Positions 49,201 to 61,440 of a stretch of DNA of 64,000 bases are shown piece by piece. Every line of letters begins with the position of its first letter. Positions within the stretch are counted from its first letter, which is position 1. The notes below the pieces were generated by a model, which saw nothing but the letters and a program-made list of their open reading frames with translations, made no database searches and was not told where the DNA came from. Location of the stretch: assembly GCA_035084275.1 (NCBI GenBank), contig CM068742.1, forward strand, positions 63,426,001 to 63,490,000. Reading direction: 5' to 3'. The translations under genes and the position numbers were made by a program. The stretch comes from Hydrolagus colliei. Taxonomy: Eukaryota.

Positions 49201-52057
49201 ATGGTAAATGGTATATGTATCATATATTGACTCTCAGGCCAATGCTACTTTGAATGTATATTGGAGTCGAGTTCCCACAACTCATGAAACATACTTCTAG
49301 TTTCCTTATGAAGAAATTTCTGTTAAAATTTGGTACTTATTAGAATGAATTATCATCAAATGTTTTTTGTTAAACTCTCCCTGTCAACAACTTTTGGCAT
49401 TTATTGAAAATCATCTGGGAAACCTGACTGGTCACCCAAGCATTATTCATCTTAATAATAATAATAATCCTTGCATAGGGAGGATGTCCTAAAATACTTT
49501 ACCTGGATTTACTGGACCAAGATTTACTATACAGTGCAGTGATTGTAAATTGTAGGTGAAAGTGGCAGGTAATTTTGCACACGGCAATGATCCACAAACA
49601 GCCATGAAGAAATTATCTAAATTTATCCAGGGGATTGTTGGGCAGGATACCTGGAGCAATTTCCTTCTCTTTTGGAATGGTGCCATGAAATGTATAATAC
49701 ATTGGAGGAATCACAAAATAATTGCATTGTAGTAGAGCTTAAAAATAAATATGCACAAGTCATAACTGGGAGAGTTAAAAATAATTATTGCAGTGAGTGT
49801 GATGCCAAAAATGAAACAGTAAATATTTAGTGTTCAGACAGTCACATTTTTATTCCTTGCATTAATTTATATTCCAGTAATGTAGTAAATTGGTTTTGAT
49901 ATATGTCGTTGGTAAAAATGCTATAACGTTTATACATTTGGAGGAAATTAAAGAAAAAGTCTGGAGTATGTACAGAGTATGATATACAGAGATTTGGCCA
50001 TGATTTCTTGTAGGGAGACTGACAAAAAATAAGCTTCGGTCACAAGAGTCATCTAATCCAATGGGCACTCAGACAAAGGATAGACGGAAGACATTTCCCT
50101 AAGACACTTTTTAGGAAGATTACAGGATGTCAGTGGTAGTAGTAAAATCACATATATGCATCTAACCAAGTAAATTTTGCCATTCTTAAACTTGTTGACC
50201 TAAATTTTCTCCCTGCATCCTGTGTTTATTTTCAAAAACTTGTATTTACTTTGTTCCATTTGCTTCATTGTCACTTACTTGTCATTGTCCAGCACTCTGG
50301 GACATCCTCCCGATGTGAAAGGCGCTTTACAAATGTAATTTTGTTGTTGTTGCTACTTAAGTAGATCCAACACTGAACTCGAGCTCTTAAGGCCTTTATT
50401 GTCTGAAGCTTTTGGTCCTTATAATTAAGGGGTATGGAGAGTCACGTCATGAAGTTACATTGTTTCTGTCAAATAGAATCAGTATCTGTGGAGCAAATAC
50501 TTGGATGATTAAAGGCTGATCAAACGATTTCTTAAATATTTTTCTCCATTGACCACTTTCTACAAGATTGACAAAAGTATACTTTTCTTTAAACAGATTT
50601 ACTATGGAAGTTCTGGCATATCCTGTTTAAAGAAAAGTATTCTTTTGTCAATCTAATAGAAATGCTATGATTGAGAAATCTGAAGAACATTATACAGTGA
50701 TTAACAGATGGATGGAAAGAAAGTTCACCTGCATCTACATCTCTATTAAGGTTGTTTTTCAGAGTGTACAGAATTTGGTACATTTTTTAATACAATCTTT
50801 AATTTTAAAACTTTTTTGTATGTTTCTTTCATGAGCAACAGAAAACCAGCTTCAAAATTCAGACTGAATTCAGCTATTTGCCAAATTTTGGATGCTTTAA
50901 AATGTTATGTTAATGGAATAAATCTAGACCCAGGTAGAATTTTACCCCAAGAGAATTCATGCCACAAAGGGTGGTGTTATATAATAACTAATATATTCAA
51001 ACTAATAATAATCCTTGCATTAATATAGTGCCTTATCATGTCTTTAGACATTGCAAAGCTCTTCACAGAATATGCTGTCAAGCGAATTGACTATATTTTT
51101 TGGAAACGTGGTGGCCAATTGCGCACAGCAGTGTCCCACAACGATCGTGAATTCAGTGACCAAATCATTTTTTAGAAATGTGTTTAATAGGTTAGATGAA
51201 GGCAACAATTTTGCCATATTTCATAATGGGAATTATTAACTACATAATCCAGACATTGGTGATGCAGACTCACAGGAACACTTCAACTCAATCTATTTTT
51301 GGAACAGTTTTCCTTTGAGTCAACAGGATGTACATGACGTGCATAACCCACTTGTAGTTAGTGGAAGGAGGCACCACTCGCATGTCTTAATATTTTGTTC
51401 CCAGTGTTCTACCAGTTTATGCTTCCTGTCTTTGAAGATGCTGCGATAATAACACACTGATTTCTGCACTATTGTATTTATATGTCACTATCCATTATAC
51501 TGGAAATGAGCTTTGTCATGACAACACAAATTAATTCACTGTTGTTTTGAAACATACACATACTGCATCTACAAAACAATGATGAGAGCTTGTAGTGGGA
51601 ATGATTTATAAGGATTTGATCCTTGCCCCAGTCTACCCTTTCTAAGTGCAGTTCATTTGTGTTTCTCCCTCCTGAACTGTGTCCTCAAACTTCACTGTGG
51701 CAAACTGAAAGACTGCTGCAGTTACATATCCTTGTTCAACATGTTTTTTATAATAAAAATGATAATCCCTCTCATTGATCTACAACATTTCACATTCAGG
51801 GGAGCATTTCATAGCACTTCATAGCATTTTAAAGCACTTCATAGCATTTTACTATAAATTGTAATGGGCTGCATCTAATGTAGTTGAAATATGACAGCTA
51901 ATTTACATACAGCAATGTCCCACTACCATACAAGGAATGAATAACCAATTTTATTTATGGAATTGTTGGCCAGGACATTATTTTGAATATGTCATGGGGT
52001 CTTTAACATCATCTTGCAAAGATTTTATTAATTAATTCAAAAAAATTGGCTAAGCAT

Positions 52058-52520
52058 CAACAACAAATTACATTTGTGCAGAGCCTTACACATTAGGAGG
52101 ATGTTCCAAGGTGCTGGACAGTCAGGAATTTGGACCCAAGCAGGAGACCGGGATCAGGGAGGATGAAGGGCAGGAAGCATTGGAGCGTGACCAAAGGTGC
52201 GGTCAAAGAGTAGGCTCTTTAGATGGGCCTTGAAGGAGGCAAGGGAGGGGATGGGCAAGGTGAAGGGGCATTAGCATGGAGTTCCAAAGGATGGTGCAGA
52301 AAGGCTAAAGGCCCGAACACCAATGGTGGCATTGGCTGAGCAGGGGATATACAGCATGGGCCCGCTGAGTGGAGGGAGGGGGCAAGTCTTCATGTAGATA
52401 AAAGATCACAGAGGTAGGGAGGAGCGAGACCATTGAGGGCTTGGATGCCAAGGATGAGTATTTTAAACTCTACTGGAGAATGTGGTGCTAGTGGAGTTGA
52501 GCAATGATGAGGGTGAATGG
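52058..52520 (-). mobile_element. L2 3' portion
   Basis: caacaacaaattacattt...ccaaggtgctggacagtc tail, followed by L2 body. Confidence 0.75.
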
Positions 52521-52534
52521 TTTACAGAGCAGTT

Positions 52535-52790
52535 GTCTCTTATCTCTCTCTCCATCTCTTTCTGACTGTGTGTGTGTGTCTCTCTCTCTATATATATATC
52601 TGTGGTGTTTCTATCTCCATATCTCTCTGTGTCTCTTTCTGTCTGTGTGTGTCTATCTCTGTCTCTATATGTGTGAATGTGAGTCCATTTCTCTCTCTAT
52701 CCGTGTGTGTGTCTCTATCTGTGTGTATGTGTGTGTCACTCTCTGTCTGTATCTGTGTATGTGTGTGCCTCTCTCTCTCCGTCTCTGCTA
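52535..52790. repeat. TC/TG compound microsatellite
   Basis: Direct reading of the sequence. Confidence 0.85.
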
Positions 52791-53034
52791 TTGTGATTAT
52801 TAGTTGCTCACACACAGGCTGGTGGGTGAGTGGAGGCAGCCATGGGCAGGTTAATGAGACTTTTCTCTGGATCAATGGCTGATGGCTGATGAATGGCTCC
52901 ATCTGCTGCTCTCTCTGGTCACAATCAGTGTTCAATCTCTTCTGGCTCCTACAACCCCCACCCCCCTCTCAGAATAGCCTGAGACCAGCTCCTCCATCCC
53001 AAGGGGGTGTCAAGGGGAGGCAGGGGAGAACATA

Positions 53035-53525
53035 GTGGAGCCCCTATATCTCAGTGGTTGGAGCTCTCGCCTTGGGAGCAAAAGGACCTGGGTTTGATTC
53101 CTGGGAGGGACAGGAAGAAACCAATACAAGTTTCCTTACTGCACATGTGTACACACACATACGCACACAGACAGACACACACAATCATGCAGAGAGACAG
53201 GTGGGGGCTACACACACACAGACAGACATGCAGACACAGACTCGCAGACAGACAGATGGGGGCACTCACACACACACATGCCTAATAATAATCCGTCCCA
53301 AAAAACCACACTAAAAAACAATTGGTCATTTCAACCCACTTTTGCCTGTTTGTGGGGACTCTGCTGTGCGCAATTGGCTGCCGTGTTTCGCTCTCCCACA
53401 AATACACAGTCAATTCACTTTACAGTATATTCTGTGAAGCGCTTTGAGACGTCGATAAGATGTGAAAAGCACTATATTAAATGCAAGGATTATTATTATT
53501 ATTATCATTATTATTATTATTATTA
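53035..53525 (+). mobile_element. tRNA-derived SINE with an internal (CA)-rich expansion
   Basis: Head 53035-53145, CA/CAGA-rich block 53146-53280, body and long (ATT)n tail. Confidence 0.88.
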
Positions 53526-55494
53526 CTGGGTTGAGGATAGGGTTGAGGCAGTTATGGAATGTAATGTTGATCTAGGGACCAACGTGGGAATGGGGTTGAA
53601 GCTGATTGGGATATGCATGATCTAGAATAAGCAAAGAATTAAAAAAAATTGAAGTTGTATGCTGGCAATGTAGGGATTTGGGCTTTGGGGTTAAGGTAAT
53701 ATTAATGTTGACCTTTTGATTCAGAAGATTTACTCATTCAGAGAAAGTCACTTTCTCATGTGTTGTTGAAATAATTGGCTTGGTGGACCAAAGGGTCTTT
53801 TCTCATTCCATCCCGGAGTGCCTCTGACTTGCCCCGTCTCTCATTTCATTCAAGGTCCATCTCAAGACTTATCAATTTGACCTTGCTTTCAATCATGTTT
53901 CTACTCCCCATCCTCCTCAGCTCCCTCCCCTAGCTTGGGTGCCAATTATCATTAAGCGCCTTCGGAGATCCTGTTGATGCGAAAGGCACTATATAAATTT
54001 ATATTTGAATCCAACATTGATAGACATATATATGAAGATAGCTAATGTTCTGGTAATATTTCCACTTCAATGTTCCTATTCCCTGTTTTCTGAGTCAGTC
54101 CTTAATCTGTTAGGGAAAACCACTGATCACTACTGAATATCATGGTTGCTTTAATATTTTAGTTTAAAAGAATGCAATTAAACTATTCTAAAATAACTTG
54201 TTCTTTAATTGTTCATTTAAATAATTTTGTTGTTGTTGTTCATTTAATTCAAAAAAAGGATTAAAAGTCTTGGCCTCTGAGAAATTACCCGTTCATTTCG
54301 ACAGTATATTATTTATCCAGCACAATCAGGAGTGATTTCACCTTAAGCACAACACATAACCTTTCACCAAGGTAACACCCTTACACTCACATGTGAACAT
54401 ATTATCACTTCTTGCAAACTTGCCTTGACCTGTTCTGCCATTTCTTCCACTGAAATTGTTTTTGTTGTTGTTGATGGTACTTCACACAAACATTTGATTA
54501 TTTATCATAGATAGAATTACAGTGGAACTGGGTAGTACATTGTGGTTGGACACCACTATTTTACCTCTGGGACATTCTTAACACCCCAAGCAGATGGGAT
54601 AAGATCTGTGTAGTTCTGATGTCTATTACATGCCTTAAGTGAGTTTTGATAGTTTCAATCCAATTCCCAATTGGTCTTGGTACAAAACTAAACCAAAATT
54701 CAGCCAAATGAACACAAAATCAATTGTATGTTACAGAGACCGTAATAATAAATATAACAATTTTATATTTGGTGCATGCAACAGACAAACATCAGCTGGG
54801 TCTGAAATAAATCCCCTGTTCACTGTGTTTTCAATAGAGCAAATTATATTTTTGCTTTAAGAATATTTTCCTTTTGTCAATTAACATTGGGATTTCAATG
54901 GATTTGATGTACATCTCATGTTTCCTTCTTGGCTTTGCTCCAATATTTGCATTTCCGTCTTTTGCAGTTACCAATTATGAATGCAATAATACAGTAATCA
55001 GGATATGTAACAACCATCTGAGATCTACAGTTAATTCTCCACTCCAAAGAAAAAAACAAATCCCTGAAACAATGATTCTCATTGAACCTGATGGGAACAT
55101 ATAGATGCTATATATGCATAAGGCTGTGCAAGATATTCAAATGTTGCTAAGGGCTAAATATTGACAGTTTTCTTTTAAACTTGAAGGCAAATGTTCAGAC
55201 TGGATTGCAAAACCAGAATTGAAAAGAGCAACAAAGAACTAATTCTGCATTTTGCCTCCTGCCACACTGATTTTTACTTCACACTCTACACTGAATCAAA
55301 TCAGACCATTTCCAATAAACCATCCACATAATTCTGAAATTGGGTATTTTTCATAAGTATTAAGGAGATATTTGTGTGACTGACTCCTTACCTGAATGGG
55401 ATTTACAAACTGCTCCAGCATAAACAGTGTATTCACCAGAAAAAGTGCTTCAGAACAAAGTGCGCCATGAAAATGGCAAGAAATTCTACCTGGA

Positions 55495-56600
55495 ACAACA
55501 ACAACAAAATTACAATTGTATAGCGCCTTTCACATCGGGAGGATCTCCCAAGGCGTTGGACAGTCAATGTTTCAGACCAGAGCTGGGTTTGAGATTGGGG
55601 GGTGGGGTGGGGGGTGGAGGGAAAGGAAGGGATTTAGGGTGACTGATGGGACCGTCAAAGAGGAGGGTCTTGAGGTAGGACTTGAAGGAGGCTTGGGAGG
55701 AGTAAAGCAGAGTGATTGCAGGATGGAATTCCAGAGGTTAGGGGCAGAGTGGCCAAAGGCTCTCCCACCTATGGTGGGGCGGGTGGGTTGGGGGGACATG
55801 GAGCAGGCCAGAGTTCGCTGAGTGGAGGGAGCGGGCAGATTGGTAGGGAGTTAGGTCGCAGGATGGAGCTAGGCCATGGAGGACTTTGAAGGTGTGAGGA
55901 GCTGGATCTTGAATTAAATCAAAAACAGACATTGCTGGGAACACTCAGTAGGTCAGGCAGCATCTATGGAGAAAGGAAAAGTAAGTCAAGTTTTCGGGTC
56001 CACGATCCTTTTTTCAGAATCCAGAATTTGCCTAACCTGCTGAGTATTCCCAGTGATTTCTGTTTTTGTTTCAGATTTCCAGCATTTGTAGTGTTTTATG
56101 TTTTTGTCTTGAATTAAATCCTCTGGGTGATGGGGAGCCAACGGAGTCGGGCAAGAATGGGGAGATGGAGTCACAGAGCTTGGAGCGATAGAAGACACGG
56201 GCCGCATAGTTCTGGATGATCTGCAGCCTATGGAGGAAGGAATTGGGAAGGCCAACAAGCAGGGTGTTGGCATAATCAATCCTGGATGTGATGAAGGCAT
56301 GAATGAGAGTTTCAACGGGTGAGATAGAGGCGGAGTCGGGCAATGTTGCGTTGGTGACAGTAGGCAGAGCAGGTTATGGCTTATATGTGGGTGAGGAAAG
56401 ACAATTGAGGATCGAGCAAGACACCTAGGTCTTTGACTGGCTTGGTGAGATGGTGTGTGCAACCATGGAGGTTGATGCTGCCAGTGCCTGAAGTGTGAAG
56501 GCGCTAGCGCAAGCCAATCAAGAGAGCTTCAGTCTTGTTGACATTCAATTGTAAAATGTTAGCTCTCATCCAGGACTTGATGTCTGACAGGCAGTCTGTG
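55495..56600 (-). mobile_element. L2 3' portion interrupted by a Penelope-like insert
   Basis: (AAC)n tail; PTIGGRAFGHSAPNLWNS; ETLIHAFITSRIDYANTLL. Confidence 0.92.
55921..56106. mobile_element. Penelope-like fold-back mini-insert with 14-bp TSD
   Basis: TSD tcttgaattaaatc at 55907-55920 and 56107-56120; internal inverted repeat 55921-55959 vs 56029-56067; decayed hammerhead core on the minus strand. Confidence 0.8.
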
Positions 56601-56604
56601 TACA

Positions 56605-56870
56605 AATCCAGGCATGTCAGGGTGAAACCTTGGCCAAGTTTCCTTACTCCACATGTCTAATAATAATTCCTCCCAAAAAAAACACAATAATAAAATTGGT
56701 CATTTCAATCCACGACTGTTTGTGGGACAATGCTGTGTGCAATTGGCTGCCATGTTTTTGCCCACAATATACAGTCAATTCACTTTGCAGTATATTCTGT
56801 GAAGCACTTTGAGACGTCTAGAAGACGTGATAAGGCGCTATATCAAATGCAAGGATTATTTTTATTATTC
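56605..56870 (+). mobile_element. tRNA-derived SINE, 5'-truncated
   Basis: Shared body and tail gcgctatatcaaatgcaaggattatt. Confidence 0.88.
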
Positions 56871-57136
56871 AAAACGAGAAGGGAATTTCTCCCTGTATCC
56901 CAGTCAACTATCTTCCAGTAAAGATTAGTTATTCACTTCATGATTGCCCACAAATTAATTGTTGCTTTTGCCTACAAATATGTTGTCACTATACTTTACA
57001 GTAATCCCGTCAAGTGCTTTGAAACATTTTGATGATTTAATAAGGTGCTATATCAAATGCCATGATTTGTATTACTTTTCTGATGAGGTTTTATGGTAAT
57101 TGTAATAATAATCATTGCATTTGATATAGCACCTCT

Positions 57137-57201
57137 GTAAAGCTCAAGTTGATGTGATCGTGGATTGAATGTAGGGTTTTATACATCAACTTGAGTTTTA
57201 C
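57137..57201. repeat. Inverted repeat/hairpin, 19-bp arms
   Basis: gtaaagctcaagttgatgt vs acatcaacttgagttttac, 18/19 Watson-Crick plus one G-U. Confidence 0.9.
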
Positions 57202-57214
57202 TCAGTTAAAATTA

Positions 57215-57430
57215 TTGAAGAAAAATATCAAGCCTTTGTAGGCTGCTATAGAAATAGGGGAGATGTGAGAATTTGAGTTAAGGTCAGAGAAGATTGTGAG
57301 ACCCAGAATGTCAACAGGATTAAGAGAGGGGCCATCAAAAGTGAGAGGTAGCAGCTGTTGGTTACACTTCCAAGACACAGGAAGAGATTGTGACCTATTT
57401 ATCTTGACATGCTGATGCCAGCAGCAGTGC
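57215..57430 (-). mobile_element. Ancient CR1/Crack-like LINE RT C-terminal fragment
   Basis: WHQHVKINRSQSL...PLTFDGPSLNPVDILGLTIFSDLNSNSHISPISIAAYKGL resembles the ILG.T..SDL.W..HI....A motif. Confidence 0.55.
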
Positions 57431-57646
57431 TGAAAGGTAAATGAAATAGCGCTGCTGCCTCCAGAAGAGCTGAAACCCGTCTTGAGAACTTGTTTTGCCT
57501 GTGTATCCAGGAGCAATATAAACACTGTATTCCACTATAACCAATTGAGCAGAACAGCACTATTTTCTGTTCAGACCTTACCCAAATATCTTAGAAAATT
57601 CAGTGACTCAAAATGAAAGTTGCAAATGATCTTTGAAACTTCTGTC

Positions 57647-58008
57647 TGTGGAGTCCCATAGCTCAGCGGTTAGAGCACCTGCCTCAGAAGTAAGACACCT
57701 TGGTTTGATTCCTGGGAGGGCAAACGTTGGGCAAGTTTCCTTACACTACACACCTCCATTTACCTCGCAGTAAGTAGGAACCGGGACGTTAGTTGATTGA
57801 CGGATTGCTTTTCCGGAGTTAATAATTCCTTAAAAAACAATAATAAATTGGTGACTCAATCCACAACTGTTTGTGGGACACTGCTGTGTGCAATTAGCTG
57901 CCATGTTTCACCCACAATGCACTTTACAGTATATTCTCTGTAGCACTTTCAGATGTTTTCAAGATGTGATAAGGTCCTACATCAAATGAAAGAATTACTA
58001 TTTATTAT
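57647..58008 (+). mobile_element. tRNA-derived SINE, long variant with an extra ~64-nt segment
   Basis: Standard head and body plus 57756-57819, which is absent from the other copies. Confidence 0.88.
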
Positions 58009-58501
58009 AAATTTTCACATGCCCAGAGGTACTCTGTTGTTGTTGTTGCTGTACAATCCAACCTCTCAGTATTATTAGGACAAATTCTACACCAAAAGCA
58101 AATCTAATTCAAGTAGCTGTAGCATATCAAATCTATTCTGAATCAAAGCCCATAGAGAAACCATTCAAATGTCCCTTGTGCAGAAGATGTCTTGATGTTA
58201 TTCTAGTTCAACACCAGCTGTGAAAAATAAAAAAAGGGTGTGAACGCTCAAACAAAATGAACTTTGGAATCATAAAAGGCTGAAACTTGTAACACTTGGA
58301 ATTTAAACTCACCAGAGAATTATGAATATTGTCACTAAACAGCCAGGATTTAGTTGTATATTTCCCTTCATTCTGGCAGGAATTAGATACCTATATATTT
58401 CCACCAGTCAGGTCACTTCAACTTCAGATTCCCACTCAGTGTTCATCCCTAGTTGGAGTTTGATGTTCTACTCTTACAATTTTCCCTGTAATTCTTGTAG
58501 A

Positions 58502-58502
<1 letters not shown>

Positions 58503-58548
<46 letters not shown>

Positions 58549-58725
58549 CCTTGCATTAAATATAGCGCTTTTCAGATCTTCTAGACGTCTCAAAACGCTT
58601 CACACGATAGATTGTAAAGTTAATTGACTGTATTGACTGTAAGCGCTCTGAGACGCCGTCCAGCGTGGAAGGCGCTATATAAATTGAATTTGTTGTTGTT
58701 GTTGTATATTTGTGGGCAAAATGCG
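58503..58725 (-). mobile_element. SINE 3' end with (AAT)15 tail and a nested plus-strand L2-type tail (~58632-58704)
   Basis: The SINE motif gactgtatatttgtggg is split by aagcgctctgagacgccgtccagcgtggaaggcgctatataaat..(ttg)n. Confidence 0.75.
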
Positions 58726-60297
58726 GTATAAAGAAACAAAAAAATTCCATCAACTCAAAGGCATAAAACTGTAATATATCTTTTAATTGAAAAATTGACT
58801 AAAATGCTACTAACAGTACTATTTCTGAAATTAGGCAAACAGATCAAAGTGACCACATCTAACTGTTTGCTCATACTCAAACAATACATTAATTTGTAGG
58901 GAAAAGCCACCAAAAATATCCATTTAAACTTCAGCTTGTTATGCATAATGATATTCATTCAAAAATGCAGAGGTTTAAATAATATAAAGTGAAAGGGATG
59001 GATCTTCGGAGTAAAACAAACTATGATTTATACACAGGCTTATAATGCCATTAAAAAAGAATAGTGTATTATAATGTAACTGTAATGATTTGGGTTAAGG
59101 CTGATCACACTAAATTGTCCGCAGTAGCAAAACTCAGTGCAGGATGACTATTCTAGGAAGGTTTATATTACTACCTGGAGTGAAATTCTTTTACGCATGA
59201 TGTTAAAAAAAAATCCCAGTAAACGCAAATGATTGACCACCTTAATTGGGACCAGAAGAGTTGGGGTTTCATTCCTTGTCTAACCATTCAACTCTACACC
59301 CTTTGAGGTCAACAAAATGAGTAGCGCGTCTAATTGTATCCTCCTGGAAAAGCCAAGCAAATCTACGGTAGCCTGATACAGGTGTAGACATGACCTCAAT
59401 ACTACAAACTGAAGCCATAGCACATAATTGGATTACTATCCAATTATAAAGTGTTGACCAGTTGCATGGTTACCATTCCATTTACAGTTATATGGCTTAA
59501 AATTACATGTACTCTGACTTCAAGTGGACGAGATACTGAAGCGCAACAGGAAGAGGTCAAAATAAAAGGAACGTAAGCTGGTCTGTAAAATCTTTATCGA
59601 TGCCTTTCATAATCATCAACCCAGATGTGTGCCAAATCTTAACATGAAAGGAGTTGAAGTTCTCAATGCTTTGAAGATATAATTCAAATGTGCTAATGGT
59701 GAGGGAGTAGGGTGGAGGTTATGTGTTATATACTGTACTAATATAACTGGTGATAAAATTACACGCTGTATTTTTCTCTCCAATGTATTAAGCATAGGAT
59801 AGTGAGTTGGTCACTGTCCCTACATTCTTAAATCAATTATTAAATTATAAATGTCAGATTTTATATTAATTAAATTCAGAATTTTCTGCACTCAAACTGT
59901 GCAGTTTGCGTTCTGCATTGTGTCAATTGGTGCCATCGGACAGTTTGACACCGGATTGATTTCTTGCATGTTCAGAAATGTCCGAGTGAAGTCAATCAAA
60001 ACATAGCTAACCCGCAGTGTTTTGGCAGGTAACATCTCCAAATCTGGCACATGCTTATGTTCAAGTCATTGATTTGTAACTGCTTGCAGGCACTGTACAA
60101 TACACTGTAGTTTTATCTGGAGCAGCTCCAGCTTAAAGTAAGTGGTCTACAAATCTCCATTTTGGCATTTTGTTCACTAGCACTCTCAACAGCAGCTTGC
60201 ATTTATATAGTGCTCTCCATGCAGTGTTTCAGAGCACTTAGTGGTGGTGGAGCTTGACTACGTGCCTGTGAGGGAGAGGTGAGCTTAAGCACAGTCA

Positions 60298-61170
60298 AAA
60301 ACAACAAAATTACACTTACATAGCATCTTTCACATCAGGAGGACATCCCAAGGCGCTGGACAGTCATTATTTCAGACGAGCTGGGGTCAGGAATGGAGAG
60401 GGTGGAGGGAAAGAAAAAGCAAGGTTTTCAGGCGGGATTTGAAAAAGGGAGATGAGGGGGCAAGGTAGGGTCCAGCGATATATCGATATATTGCTAAAAC
60501 CCGATATAATTTTCATATTGATACGCCGATATAGGCATTTCAAAAATATCGATATATCGCAAAGTTGATATATCGAGGGAAAAAATCGGAATGCCACACA
60601 CTGAACTACAAGACGCAGAATGCTCATCTCTATACACAATGCACAGACCAAGGTGCAAAGCAGCCATATTGTATTCATAGTACATGAATACAATGTACAG
60701 GTATGCAAGGGGTGAGGGGGGGAGAGAGACGGTGGGGGGGGGGGGTTGGGGTGAGGGAGAGAGGGACGGCGGCGGGCTGGGGGGGGGGAAAGAGACGGGG
60801 TGGATGTGATAATATACAGATAGATAGAGATGGGGCGGATGTGAGAGAGGAGAGAGACACAGAAACACAGAGAGAAAAACACAGAGATGGAGAGAGTGAG
60901 TGTGAGAGACACAGAGAGAGAAAGATATTTGCCTCCTGAGGAGATAGGCCCAGAATGCGAGCGCACCCCGAATTCGCGCGCTGCGTGCGCATGCGCAGTA
61001 CGAAAAACCCGAAAATATCGACATTTCGGTATATCTCGATATGAGCCCATCGATATATCTAAATCGGAAAATTTCCATATCGACGGACCCTAGGGCAAGG
61101 CAGAGGAATTGAAGGAGAGTGTTCAAGGCATAGTAGCCGATGAGGCCCCTCATGTCTGAATCAAAAGATT
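60298..61170 (-). mobile_element. L2 3' end split by a hAT MITE
   Basis: Tail acaacaaaattacac...ggacatcccaaggcgctggacagtc; continues after 61100. Confidence 0.7.
60466..61092. mobile_element. Young hAT-superfamily MITE
   Basis: TIR TAGGGTCC...GGACCCTA; perfect 8-bp TSD gggcaagg (60458-60465, 61093-61100); many subterminal CGATA/TATCG motifs; CpG-rich. Confidence 0.92.
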
Positions 61171-61179
61171 GTGGGCCCA

Positions 61180-61440
61180 AGCCCTAGTCTGTGTTCAAAG
61201 TCCAGGCTGACACTCAAACACACTGTCGGAGGACCATTATTTTTGCCAGAGATGCCTTATTTTGCATTAGATGGTAAAGCTATGTCCCATCTATCTATTT
61301 GGGTAAATGTTGAAAAATCATAGCACAATTTGAAAACAGAATGGAGTTTTTCTTGATGTCTTGCCCAACAATCAATCATTTCATAGCTATTTGTAGGACA
61401 CAGCTGTGGTCAAATTGACTTCTAGGTTCACCAAGAAAGT
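61180..61440 (+). mobile_element. DeuSINE/SacSINE-like fragment
   Basis: tccaggctgacactc...cactgtcggagg...ttagatgg...gctatttgtaggacacagctgtg. Confidence 0.55.

Noticed and set aside
59525-59572. Possible 48-nt exon (ttcaag|...GGAAC|gtaagc, GRDTEAQQEEVKIKG)
   Set aside because: Weak pyrimidine tract, no recognisable peptide and no partner exons in the window.
60367-61180. 227- and 228-aa ORFs on the minus strand
   Set aside because: They arise from low-complexity and CGATA-rich MITE sequence, cross the element boundary and have no protein motif.
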